Source: Actinomycetes bacterium
GTDB taxonomy: Bacteria; Actinomycetota; UBA4738; HRBIN12
NCBI GenBank assembly: GCA_031423155.1
Contig: JANPEZ010000010.1
Coordinates: 5,872-69,871, forward strand
Length of the DNA stretch: 64,000 nucleotides
Reading direction: 5' to 3'
Part shown: in pieces, positions 45,881-54,694 of the stretch
Layout of the letters: every line of letters begins with the position of its first letter
Position numbering within the stretch: the stretch's first letter is position 1
Notes under the pieces: model-generated
Database searches by the model: none
What the model saw: the letters and a program-made list of their open reading frames with translations, nothing else
What the model was told of the DNA's origin: nothing
Program-made: the position numbers and the translations under genes

Positions 45881-48217
45881 GTGGCGATAGACACAGACGC
45901 AGCGGGGCTCTCCTCGGCAGAGGTCGAAGAGAGGGTGGCTCGCGGACAGGTCAACGACGTTCCATCGGCCCCCACCCGCACACTTGCCGAGATAGTCCGG
46001 GCGAACGTGCTCACGCGTTTCAACGCGCTGCTAGGGGGCATGCTTGCGGTGATCATCGTGGTCGGTCCTTTGCAGGACGCGCTCTTCGGAGCGGTGCTGG
46101 TAGCCAACGCGCTCATCGGCATCGTGCAGGAGGTCAAAGCCAAGCGAACGCTGGAGCGGCTCACTCTGCTGACGGCTCCTCGCGCGATGGTCGTACGCGA
46201 CGGTGTGGACCACGAGATAGCCGTGGGGCAGGTCGTCCTCGACGATGTCATCCGGCTCGGCCCCGGCTCCCAGGTCGTGGTGGACGGAGAAGTGATCGGG
46301 TCCGAGGGCCTGGAGATCGACGAGTCGCTCCTGACCGGCGAGGCCGATCCGGTGGCCAAGACTCGAAGTGACGAGGTTCTGTCCGGGTCCTTCGTGGTCT
46401 CGGGGACGGGTTCGTTCCGGGCGACGCGCGTCGGCCGCGACGCGTACGCGGTCAAGCTCGCCGAAGCGGCTCGCAGATTCACGATCACCCGGTCCGAGCT
46501 CCGAGCGGGAACGGACCGCCTGCTCACTTGGATCACGTTCGCGATAGTTCCGACCGCTGCACTGCTCTTCGTGAGCCAACTGAGGAATCACTCGGACTGG
46601 CGCGACGCCGTTGCCGGAGCCGTCGCCGGAACGGTTGCGATGGTTCCGGAGGGGCTGATCCTGCTGATGTCGCTCGCCTTCGCGATGGCGGTCGTTCGTC
46701 TGGCCAAGCGCCGGGTCCTGGTCCAAGAGCTCCCCGCGGTCGAGGGCCTGGCCCGTGTGGACGTCCTGTGTATCGACAAGACCGGAACACTGACCGAGGG
46801 GAAGATCTCCGTCGAGGAGGTCGAACGGCTAGAGCCAAGTGTCGATGTCGACGCGGTCTTAGGTGCCCTGGCGGCGAGTGACAGGGCCCCGAACGCGACG
46901 GCGCGCGCCCTCGCGGCGAGGTTCTCCGACGCCGATCCCGGCTGGACGCTGGTCCGGTCCGTGCCGTTCTCCTCGGTCAGGAAGTGGAGCGGGGCCGATT
47001 TCGGGCAAGAGGGTGCCTGGATCCTGGGTGGCTCGGACGTGCTCGGGGGTCTGGGGGATGAGGCCTCCTCGCTGGCTGCCGAGTGGGCCGGTCAGGGAAG
47101 TCGCGTGGTCATGGTGGCCAGGGCCCCCGGCGGACTCGTCGGCGAGGAACTTCCTTCCGATCTTCAACCCGTTGCCTTGGTGCGTCTCGGGGACCGCATC
47201 CGCTCGGACGCCGCGGACACCCTCCGGTATTTCGCGGGTCAGGGTGTCGTGGTCAAAGTCATCTCCGGCGACGATCCCCGCACGGTTGGCGCGATCGCAC
47301 AGCGACTCGGGTTGCCCGGAGCCGAGCTTGCGGTGGACGCCCGCGAGTTGTCGGACGAAGCCCTGCCCGACGCGCTGGAGGCCGGTTCGGTATTCGGCCG
47401 CGTCACGCCTCAGCAGAAGCGGGCGATGGTTCAGGCCCTGAAGGCCGCGGGACACGTCGTGGCGATGACCGGTGACGGGGTCAACGACGCCCTGGCGCTG
47501 AAGGACGCCGATATCGGGATCGCGATGGGAAGCGGTTCGGATGCGACGCGCGCGGTCGCGCAGATCGTTCTGCTGGACTCGACCTTCGATTCCCTCCCGC
47601 AGGTCGTTGCCGAGGGGCGGCGTGTGCTCGGCAACATCGAACGTACCTCCGGTCTTTATCTGAACAAGACCGTGTATGCGATGTTGCTTTCTCTGGCGGT
47701 AGGGGTCGCCGGATTCGCTTTCCCGTTCCTGCCCCGGCATCTGACGCTCATCGGCTCGCTCACGATCGGGATACCGTCGTTCTTCCTCGCCTTGGCGCCC
47801 AATGCCGAGCGTTTCCGCCCCGGATTCCTGATGCGTGTGGTTCGCTTCGCCGTTCCGACGGGAACGCTGGCGGCCATAGCCACCTTCTCGGCATACTCGT
47901 TGGTTCGAAGGGAGCCGGGAGTGACGCTGCTTCAGGCTCGCACGGCTTCGGTCATGGTCCTGACCTGGATAGGACTGCTGGTTCTTGCGATCATCGCGGC
48001 TCCGCTCACTCGCAAGCGGCTTCTGCTCGTGTGGTCGATGGCGGGGCTCTTCCTGGTTGCGCTCGTATCGCCTGCGACGCAGTCGTTCTTCGCGCTGGAT
48101 ATCCCTCCGCTGGTGATCTGGCTGGCGGCCATCGGGATCGCGGCCATCGTCTGGTCTTTCGCCAAGCTGCTGGTGCCCGCGGAGCGACCGGTGGGGCCGC
48201 ACGCTGCCGACGGCTAG
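45881..48217 (+). CDS. Cation-transporting P-type ATPase (CtpE-like)
   Basis: 'DESLLTGEAD', 'VPEGL', 'DKTGTLT', 'ISGD', 'MTGDGVND'. Confidence 0.93.
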   Translation: MAIDTDAAGLSSAEVEERVARGQVNDVPSAPTRTLAEIVRANVLTRFNALLGGMLAVIIVVGPLQDALFGAVLVANALIGIVQEVKAKRTLERLTLLTAPRAMVVRDGVDHEIAVGQVVLDDVIRLGPGSQVVVDGEVIGSEGLEIDESLLTGEADPVAKTRSDEVLSGSFVVSGTGSFRATRVGRDAYAVKLAEAARRFTITRSELRAGTDRLLTWITFAIVPTAALLFVSQLRNHSDWRDAVAGAVAGTVAMVPEGLILLMSLAFAMAVVRLAKRRVLVQELPAVEGLARVDVLCIDKTGTLTEGKISVEEVERLEPSVDVDAVLGALAASDRAPNATARALAARFSDADPGWTLVRSVPFSSVRKWSGADFGQEGAWILGGSDVLGGLGDEASSLAAEWAGQGSRVVMVARAPGGLVGEELPSDLQPVALVRLGDRIRSDAADTLRYFAGQGVVVKVISGDDPRTVGAIAQRLGLPGAELAVDARELSDEALPDALEAGSVFGRVTPQQKRAMVQALKAAGHVVAMTGDGVNDALALKDADIGIAMGSGSDATRAVAQIVLLDSTFDSLPQVVAEGRRVLGNIERTSGLYLNKTVYAMLLSLAVGVAGFAFPFLPRHLTLIGSLTIGIPSFFLALAPNAERFRPGFLMRVVRFAVPTGTLAAIATFSAYSLVRREPGVTLLQARTASVMVLTWIGLLVLAIIAAPLTRKRLLLVWSMAGLFLVALVSPATQSFFALDIPPLVIWLAAIGIAAIVWSFAKLLVPAERPVGPHAADG

Positions 48218-48220
48218 GAC

Positions 48221-48901
48221 CTAGTGCAGGAGTCCGGCTCGGCTGGGCGGCCACATGATCACGAAGGCTTTGCCGATCACGTTGTCGATCGGGATGAAGC
48301 CGAGGTTTCCCCTGGAGTCGTCCGAGCCGCTGCGGTTGTCCCCCATGACGAACAGCATGCCCTCGGGGACGTGCACGGCTTCGAACGGCTGAGTGCGTTG
48401 GATAAGGTAGGGCTCTTCGAGCTTGGTCCCGTTGACGTAGACGGCGCCTCCCTTTCCGAGAACGGTGTCTCCCGGCACGCCGATGACCCGCTTGATGAAG
48501 TCCTCGTACTCGGGGTGTTGGACCCCGATCCCCTCGAACAGCCAGTGCAATGCGCCGCCGATCAGCCCGCGATCCTCGCTGGGGCCTGGATGTGGATCGG
48601 AGAAGACGATGATGTCGCCGTGCCTGGGGTCGTGGAAGTAGTAGGGGATCTTGTTGACCAGCACCCTGTCGCCGGTACAACCGGTGCAGCCGTGAAGAGT
48701 CGGTTCCATCGAACCGGATGGGATGTAGAAGGCCTGGAAGAGGAAGGACTTGATGAGGATCGCCAGCACCAGCGCCATGAGCAACAGCCCTGGCAGCTCC
48801 CGCATGAACTGGAGCGGGCCCCCGGGTCTGTCTTTGAGATCGGGCTGCGGTTCCGAGTGATCCTCGGGTTCGACGCTTTCGGCGGGAGGACTGGTCTTCA
48901 C
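48221..48901 (-). CDS. lepB: Signal peptidase I
   Basis: 'IPSGSMEPTL', 'FIKRVIG', 'GDNRSGSDDSR'; GTG overlaps the upstream stop. Confidence 0.93.
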   Translation of the reverse strand: MKTSPPAESVEPEDHSEPQPDLKDRPGGPLQFMRELPGLLLMALVLAILIKSFLFQAFYIPSGSMEPTLHGCTGCTGDRVLVNKIPYYFHDPRHGDIIVFSDPHPGPSEDRGLIGGALHWLFEGIGVQHPEYEDFIKRVIGVPGDTVLGKGGAVYVNGTKLEEPYLIQRTQPFEAVHVPEGMLFVMGDNRSGSDDSRGNLGFIPIDNVIGKAFVIMWPPSRAGLLH

Positions 48902-50088
48902 CGGGAAAGGGTACCGGCGGGGCGAGACTTCGCGGCGTGATCGATCGAGTGCGTCGCCACGAGGGCGACCGCGGCGGTTATCGCAAGGTTCCCGAACCAT
49001 GCTCCGAGTCCCGCGGAGACGATCGCGATCACCAGGTGTGCCCCTCGCAGGTCGCTGGCCAGCCATGCGTGTCTGAGCCCGGCGTACACGAGGAACCCAC
49101 CCAGCGCCCAGACCGGCAGCAAGCCGAGCAGCACGGGCACCTGCGAGCCGAAGAACAGACCGAGGGCCAGCAGCACCGATCCCAAGATCAGGTTCATGCC
49201 GGCCGTCCGCGCGCCCAAGCGTGAGTGGGCGGTCAGCCCCCCGGCCCCGTGACACATGGGCATCCCGCCGAGCAGCCCCGAAACCGCGTTGCCGATGCCC
49301 GAAGACAGACAGACCCGGCCGGGAGTAACGCCTTCGGCGGCATCGCCGAAGTACTCGTGGGCAAGGTCGTTCGTGGCTACCACCGCGTTGCCGAAAGTGA
49401 GCGGAAGCTGAGGTACCACCAAGAGGAAGAAAGCGGCGCTGAAGGAGTGCAGGCCGGGAACCGCTATAACCGGCAGCGAGAATCCGGGGCCGGAAAGGTG
49501 CGGACTCGCGGTGAGCACGACCACGGCGGCGCCTCCTCCTAGGATGACCAGGGCCAGCCAGTAGTGCTTCGTCCTTGCGGAGACCACAACCCCTGCGAAA
49601 GTGGCGAGCATCAAGATCCAGGGCCAGGGTGTCTCGGGGGTGGAGACGAAGACCTCCGGGGGGTTGTCGATCAGTTTGTAGGACGTGATCAGCAAGAGCG
49701 CGCCGACCCCCAGTTGCAGCGACCTGACGACGGGTTTGGTGAAGATCCGCGCGACCGCGTCGGCGACGTGGCGGATCGACAGCAGCAGGAGGAACGCCGC
49801 GATCTCCAATCCCGCGGCATGGATCACCTCGGGTGCCAGCTGGCCGGCGACGGCGACGGCGGTCAACGCCTTTAGAGGCTGCACGGGGAACGGGATCTTG
49901 AAGTAAGCGCCGGAGGCGATCACCAGAAGGCCCGCGCACACCAAGACCGAAGTGGCGTCGAGACCGTTGACCAGGATCAGCGCGGTCGCAAGGGGAACGA
50001 AGATCCCGAGATCGGCAATGGCGCCCGCGGCCTCTCCGAGCCCAACCGCGAAGCGACCGCGAGGGGCTCTCGCGGGGACCGCACTCAT
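48898..50088 (-). CDS. MOT1-family molybdate/sulfate transporter
   Basis: 'ADLG.FVP', 'PVQPLKA', 'PQLPLTFGNA', 'MPMCHGAGGL.AH.RLGART'. Confidence 0.88.
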   Translation of the reverse strand: MSAVPARAPRGRFAVGLGEAAGAIADLGIFVPLATALILVNGLDATSVLVCAGLLVIASGAYFKIPFPVQPLKALTAVAVAGQLAPEVIHAAGLEIAAFLLLLSIRHVADAVARIFTKPVVRSLQLGVGALLLITSYKLIDNPPEVFVSTPETPWPWILMLATFAGVVVSARTKHYWLALVILGGGAAVVVLTASPHLSGPGFSLPVIAVPGLHSFSAAFFLLVVPQLPLTFGNAVVATNDLAHEYFGDAAEGVTPGRVCLSSGIGNAVSGLLGGMPMCHGAGGLTAHSRLGARTAGMNLILGSVLLALGLFFGSQVPVLLGLLPVWALGGFLVYAGLRHAWLASDLRGAHLVIAIVSAGLGAWFGNLAITAAVALVATHSIDHAAKSRPAGTLSR

Positions 50089-50474
50089 CCGGGGAGCTCT
50101 ATCGTCACGTTCGTGGCTTTGACGGCGGCGACCGCCTGCATGCCCGCCTTCAATCCCATCTGATCGACCGCTTCCCGGGTGATGAACGCGAGTACGCGGT
50201 GGGGCCCCGCTTGTATCTCGACGGTTGCGGCGAGCTTGTCGCGCTTGATCTCGGTGATGACTCCGGCGAATCGGTTCCGCTGAGACGCCTGTGCAATCGG
50301 CCGCGCCGGGCGAGCTTCGGACAGGAGGCGTGCAACCTCGGCGGCAGGAACGAGCCGCTGCCCCCCTTGCGTGCGCGAGGTCTTCAGCTTGCCTTCCTGC
50401 TCCCAGCGCCGGAGCGTCTCGACTCGAACCCCGAGCATCCCCGCGGCCTCTCCTATGCGGTAGCGACCCTGCAT
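50085..50474 (-). CDS. MerR-type HTH + TOBE molybdate-binding regulator (ModE-like)
   Basis: 'YRIGEAAGMLGVRVETLRRW'; TOBE 'SQRNRFAGVI...ITREAV..MGL..G.....VKATNV'. Confidence 0.9.
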   Translation of the reverse strand: MQGRYRIGEAAGMLGVRVETLRRWEQEGKLKTSRTQGGQRLVPAAEVARLLSEARPARPIAQASQRNRFAGVITEIKRDKLAATVEIQAGPHRVLAFITREAVDQMGLKAGMQAVAAVKATNVTIELPG

Positions 50475-50507
50475 GATCGCCCAAACTACAGGGTTCAGGG
50501 CCTTCAC

Positions 50508-50528
50508 CACAAGAGAAAGCTACTTGTG
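50508..50528. promoter_or_regulatory. Inverted repeat, candidate operator overlapping the -35 of the molybdate operon
   Basis: CACAAG-N9-CTTGTG; minus strand TTGTGG-18nt-TAGTTT, then ATG 8 nt later. Confidence 0.4.
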
Positions 50529-50549
50529 ACTGTCGTTAAGCTCCGGGCG

Positions 50550-51524
50550 CTACACGGCGAAGCGGACGTGCAGGATGTCGCCCTCGGCGACGACGTAGTC
50601 CTTGCCCTCGACCCTGATCTTGCCGGCGGCCTTGGCCGCCTCCATCGAACCTTGCGCGACCAGTTCGTCGTAGCCGATCACCTCGGCGCGGATGAAGCCC
50701 CGTTCCAGGTCGGTGTGGATCACCCCTGAGGCCTCGGGAGCCTTCGCGCCTCGGCGCACCTCCCAGGCCCGGGTCTCGTCCTCACCGGTCGTCAGGAACG
50801 TGATCAGATCTATCGCGCTGTAACAAGCGGCGATGACCTTCTTCAGGCCGGGCTCGGCGACGCCGAACTCCTCAAGCAGCGCGCGGGCTTCGTCCGCATC
50901 CATCTCGGCTGTCTCCGCTTCGATGGACGCGTAGACGCCGACGGCGCCCGTCAGCTCGGCGGGAACGTCGGCCCCCTCCTCCAGGTTGGCGACGACTACC
51001 TCGGGCTTCAGGGTCAACGGAGCTATGCCGCGGAGCTCGGCTGCGTCTTCGGCGGTGACGCCCGCTTCGCGGAGGGGCTTCTCGGCCGACAACGCTTCGA
51101 AGGCTCGCCGCAGGGCATCAACGTCGGCGGCCGGTTTCCCCTTGGCGCGCTTCTCGGCCTTCTGTAGCGCCGACTCGACGACGGCCAGGTCGGCCAGCAG
51201 AAGTTCGGTCCGGATCGCGGCCAGTTCCGCCCCCGGGGAAGCGTCCGAGCCGAAGCACCTGACGACCAGTGCGAGAGCCTCGACCTCGCGCAGCTTCGCG
51301 ATCCCCTGGGCGGAAGTGACGCCGCCGGGAACGTCGAGGAAGCGGACCTGTGCCGGCACCGTCTTCTTCGAACGCTCCATCTGGGTGAGCACCTGGAGGC
51401 GCCCGTCGGGCACGGGCACGACCGCCACGTTGGCCTGGCCGGCATGGGAACCCGAGCGCGTGAGGGCCGTGAACAAGGTGGACTTGCCGCTGAACGCCAT
51501 ACCCACCAGACCGATGTCCTTCAC
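50550..51524 (-). CDS. ychF: YchF-like (Obg family) ATPase with TGS/DUF933 C-terminal domain
   Basis: 'GMAFSGKSTLF', 'VPDGRL', 'ITFLTTG..ETRAW', 'IHTDLERGFIRAEV', 'EGKDYVV..GD'. Confidence 0.85.
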   Translation of the reverse strand: MKDIGLVGMAFSGKSTLFTALTRSGSHAGQANVAVVPVPDGRLQVLTQMERSKKTVPAQVRFLDVPGGVTSAQGIAKLREVEALALVVRCFGSDASPGAELAAIRTELLLADLAVVESALQKAEKRAKGKPAADVDALRRAFEALSAEKPLREAGVTAEDAAELRGIAPLTLKPEVVVANLEEGADVPAELTGAVGVYASIEAETAEMDADEARALLEEFGVAEPGLKKVIAACYSAIDLITFLTTGEDETRAWEVRRGAKAPEASGVIHTDLERGFIRAEVIGYDELVAQGSMEAAKAAGKIRVEGKDYVVAEGDILHVRFAV

Positions 51525-51686
51525 GGTCCGCGAGGCTATCAGTCACAGGTCTTCGAACTCATCGCCCGCGGGTCCCGCATGGCATCCCCCGCGTCCGTTC
51601 CGGCTACCGCCGTTCGGCCGTGGGCGCCGGTCGCCCTTCCTGCCGATACCCATGGGTAAGGACGGACGGAAAAGAGGGGGTTCGGA

Positions 51687-52373
51687 ATGGAAATCGGTAC
51701 TCGGCCGGGACGGCGTGGGATGGGCGTGACGATCGTGCTCTGCATGATCGCCGCTCTGCTCACACTGGGCAGTGGCTCGGCCTCGGCGGCGGGTGGTCAC
51801 CGCAAGCCCGCGGATTCGGATCGCGACGGGATCCCGAACACATGGGAGAAGAACCACGGGCTCCGGATGCACTTCAAGGATGCCCAGCGCGATCCCGACC
51901 ACGATGGATTGATCAACCTGGGTGAGTTCCGCAACAGTACGCGGCCGCATTCGGGCGACACCGATCACGATGGCTTGGACGACGGTGACGAGGTTCACGG
52001 CTTCGACACCGATCCGACGGAGGAAGACTCCGACGACGACGGCATCGACGATGGAGACGATGACGGCGATGGAGACGGTGTCTGCGACGAGGGCGAGGAC
52101 GGCGACGGCAAGGGCTTCGTCGGAACCATCATCTCGTTCACGCCGAAGAACGGTCTCCTACTGTTCGAAAGTTCGGTCGGTTGGCCGATAGTCGGCGTGG
52201 TGAATGCCGACACGGAGCTTTCCTTCGGAGGCGACTGCGAGGGTCCGGCAACGACCGCCGACCTGCTCGAAGGGTTCGACATCGCGGAGGTGCAGTTCTA
52301 TCCGTTCGATCCGAGCGATGAGTTCCCGGTCTTCAAGTCGATCACGCTCTCCTGCCCGAAGGACGGCGGCTAG
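51687..52373 (+). CDS. Secreted protein with TSP3-like Ca-binding DxDxDG repeats
   Basis: Signal peptide; DSDRDGIPNTWE, DPDHDGLINLGE, DTDHDGLDDGDE, DSDDDGIDDG. Confidence 0.8.
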   Translation: MEIGTRPGRRGMGVTIVLCMIAALLTLGSGSASAAGGHRKPADSDRDGIPNTWEKNHGLRMHFKDAQRDPDHDGLINLGEFRNSTRPHSGDTDHDGLDDGDEVHGFDTDPTEEDSDDDGIDDGDDDGDGDGVCDEGEDGDGKGFVGTIISFTPKNGLLLFESSVGWPIVGVVNADTELSFGGDCEGPATTADLLEGFDIAEVQFYPFDPSDEFPVFKSITLSCPKDGG

Positions 52374-52410
52374 ATCCCGCCCGGCGTCAGAGGGCGCCGA
52401 CCATGCAGAA

Positions 52411-52432
52411 GGCGGGGCCGAAAGGCCCCGCC
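52411..52432. terminator. GC hairpin between convergent genes
   Basis: GGCGGGGCC-GAAA-GGCCCCGCC. Confidence 0.7.
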
Positions 52433-52455
52433 GTCGTCGTTCGCGCGGAAGGCCG

Positions 52456-52848
52456 CTAGCTCTTGGTCTCCCAGAAGATCTTGGCGATCTCATCGATCGA
52501 GTCGAGCAACTGCTGGCCCTGCGCCGGATCCTCGGACTTCTTGGCGGCACCGGCTAGCTTGGTCGCGTTCCAGAACTTCTCGTGAAGGTCCGGGTGCTTC
52601 TCCAGATGCTCGGGCTTGAAGTAGTCGGTCCAGAGCACCCAGAGGTGCTCCTTGACCATGTCGGCGCGCTCCTCCTTGATCGCGACGGCGCGGGCGCGCA
52701 GGTTGGCATCTTCTGACCCGGAGTACTTCTCCTGGCAGGCCTTCACCGATTCGGCCTCGATCCGTGCCTGCGCCGGGTCGTAGATCCCGCAGGGAAGATC
52801 GCAGTGGGCGTGGACTACCCTCTTGGGCTTGAGCAGACTTCCGAACAT
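52456..52848 (-). CDS. sodN: Nickel superoxide dismutase precursor
   Basis: 14-aa leader, then Ni-hook HCDLPCGIYDP; 'LWTDYFKPEH'. Confidence 0.97.
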   Translation of the reverse strand: MFGSLLKPKRVVHAHCDLPCGIYDPAQARIEAESVKACQEKYSGSEDANLRARAVAIKEERADMVKEHLWVLWTDYFKPEHLEKHPDLHEKFWNATKLAGAAKKSEDPAQGQQLLDSIDEIAKIFWETKS

Positions 52849-52909
52849 GGAACCGCCTCCTTCTGACGAGTCCCCAGAAACCTACCACCGAGGTAGGAAT
52901 CGGGTTGCG

Positions 52910-53305
52910 GTGAGTGCTGCCGCAGTGACCGTCGCGCTCGTGGTGGGGTTGGCGGCTTGGCGCCGCCGGCCGTTCCGGGTCCAGATCGAGGGCGCCAGCA
53001 TGGCGCCGACCTTGGTCCCGGGCGACTGGGCGATAGCGGCCGCGATCGGCAGGGTTCGGAAGGCAGATGTCGTCGTCGTGGAGCATCCAGGCAGGCCGGG
53101 GTACGAGATGGTCAAGCGGGTGGCGGCCCTGCCCGGCGAGATGGTCTCGGGTGATCGCATCCTGGGTCCGGACGAGTTCTGGGTCGAGGGTGACCATACG
53201 AGCTCCTCGACCGACTCCCGCCAGTTCGGTCCGGTTACCCGAGACGAGATCAAGGCCAAACTACTTGCCGTCTACTGGCCGCCCCATCGACGCCGCCGTC
53301 TGTGA
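52910..53305 (+). CDS. sodX: NiSOD maturation peptidase (S26 family)
   Basis: 'GASMAPTL.PGD', 'VKRV', 'EGD....STDSRQFGPV'; divergent from sodN. Confidence 0.88.
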   Translation: MSAAAVTVALVVGLAAWRRRPFRVQIEGASMAPTLVPGDWAIAAAIGRVRKADVVVVEHPGRPGYEMVKRVAALPGEMVSGDRILGPDEFWVEGDHTSSSTDSRQFGPVTRDEIKAKLLAVYWPPHRRRRL

Positions 53306-53427
53306 CGGGGGTTGCGAAGGAGTCCTCGCGCGGCCATCCTTGCCTGATGATGACCTTCGCCGTTTGGGGAGCCGGGTTCAGCTACTCCGGCTCCGGAGGC
53401 ACCTGGTACAACCAGGAGATATAGGCG

Positions 53428-54249
53428 ATGGGTTCCCAACCTCCCTGGGTCCCTATCCGGCCGGATGCAGGTGCGGTCGCCTACGCGCCCCCTCCGTTTC
53501 CGCTCCCTCCGCCGGGCCGGCCTCCCGGCCGGTCCAGGGTGCCGACGGTACTGGTATCGATAAGCGCGGTCCTTCTCGTCGTCGGCCTGATAGTCGGTGC
53601 GATCGACGGCTTCGGACCGCAAGGCCAGACACGTCAGAGGCACTACACCTTCCTGAGGGTCTTCGACGGCGAGCCGGTCCGCTGGAACCCGTGCAACTCG
53701 ATCCACTATGTCGTGAACCTGGAGCTGGCCCCAGAAGGAGCGCTGGCCGATGTGAAGGGGGCCGTTCAGCACGTGTCCGAGGCCACGGGCATCTATTTCG
53801 TCTACGACGGACAGACGAGGGAGACTCCCGGCCAACTGCGCAAGGTCTATCAACCGAAGAGATACGGGGACCAGTGGGCGCCGGTCCTGATCGCCTGGGT
53901 CGACCCTAACGACAGCCAGATCCGGTTCGGCAAACCTGGGGACTATGCACTCGGCCTGGGGCTTCCTCTGTATAGCCCCGCCGGTTCGAGCCCGCTGCAG
54001 TACGTGAGCGGGGAGATCTCTATCAACTCGAAGTACCAGGGACGCCACGGATTCGAGTACCCGGGAGACCTGGGGCTGGTGGTTCAGCACGAGCTTGGCC
54101 ACGTCATGGGGCTCGGTCACGCCGACGTAGCCGGTGAGCTGATGGGTCGCTCCGGCGGAGGGGCGACGGATTGGGGATCGGGGGATCTGGAGGGTCTCAG
54201 GCAGCTGGGGAGCTCTCAGGGTTGTTTCAGCACGCCCGATCCGCCCTGA
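53428..54249 (+). CDS. Membrane-anchored matrixin-like metalloprotease
   Basis: Metzincin motif HELGHVMGLGH, Met-turn 'ELM', 'PVRWNPC', N-terminal TM. Confidence 0.88.
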   Translation: MGSQPPWVPIRPDAGAVAYAPPPFPLPPPGRPPGRSRVPTVLVSISAVLLVVGLIVGAIDGFGPQGQTRQRHYTFLRVFDGEPVRWNPCNSIHYVVNLELAPEGALADVKGAVQHVSEATGIYFVYDGQTRETPGQLRKVYQPKRYGDQWAPVLIAWVDPNDSQIRFGKPGDYALGLGLPLYSPAGSSPLQYVSGEISINSKYQGRHGFEYPGDLGLVVQHELGHVMGLGHADVAGELMGRSGGGATDWGSGDLEGLRQLGSSQGCFSTPDPP

Positions 54250-54268
54250 AAGCTCAAGCTCGGGCGGG

Positions 54269-54312
54269 TTGTGCCGAAACCCGGTTCTACCTTAAGATTT
54301 GCACCTGCAAAT
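54269..54312 (+). promoter_or_regulatory. Promoter with overlapping palindromic operator
   Basis: TTGTGC (54269), 18 nt, TAAGAT (54293); ATTTGCA-CC-TGCAAAT at 54297-54312. Confidence 0.55.
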
Positions 54313-54400
54313 GATCTGCACACGTGAGCAAGGACTCGTGGGGGCCATGATCCCCGACCGCATCTGCTGTCCAGGCCTACACGGGGACGGCAGCCGCTAA
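54311..54400 (+). CDS. Putative Cys-containing leader peptide (29 aa)
   Basis: MICTREQGLVGAMIPDRICCPGLHGDGSR*, in the leader of tusA-dsrE. Confidence 0.4.
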   Translation: MICTREQGLVGAMIPDRICCPGLHGDGSR

Positions 54401-54462
54401 AGCGCGCTCGCCGCTCAGATACTCCCGCTTCACTCCCCTTTCGACCTTCGGAGGTACCTCCT

Positions 54463-54693
54463 ATGGATGTCATCACCCGCACAGTCGATGCTCGAGGCCA
54501 GTCTTGCCCCGGCCCGCTTGTGACGCTCGCCCGGGCTCTCAAGGGATCCGAGCGCGGCGACCTGTTGGAGCTGCTGGCTACCGACCCGGGATCCAAGTCC
54601 GACGTCCCCAGCTGGGCCAGCATCTCGGGCAATGAACTGCTCGAAGCCGATGAGGCCGACGGCGAGTACCGATACGTGATCAGGAAGGTCTGA
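54463..54693 (+). CDS. tusA: TusA/SirA family sulfur carrier
   Basis: 'VDARGQSCPGP', 'ATDPGS..DV..W'. Confidence 0.92.
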   Translation: MDVITRTVDARGQSCPGPLVTLARALKGSERGDLLELLATDPGSKSDVPSWASISGNELLEADEADGEYRYVIRKV

Positions 54694-54694
54694 C

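Noticed and set aside
48902-49939. Apparent 572-aa signal peptidase with a long N-terminus
   Set aside because: The extension is an off-frame read of the MOT1 gene; the true start is GTG 48901
51560-51680. Several short stems in the gap between ychF and the Ca-binding protein gene
   Set aside because: Short GC-rich stems expected by chance; no riboswitch consensus recognised
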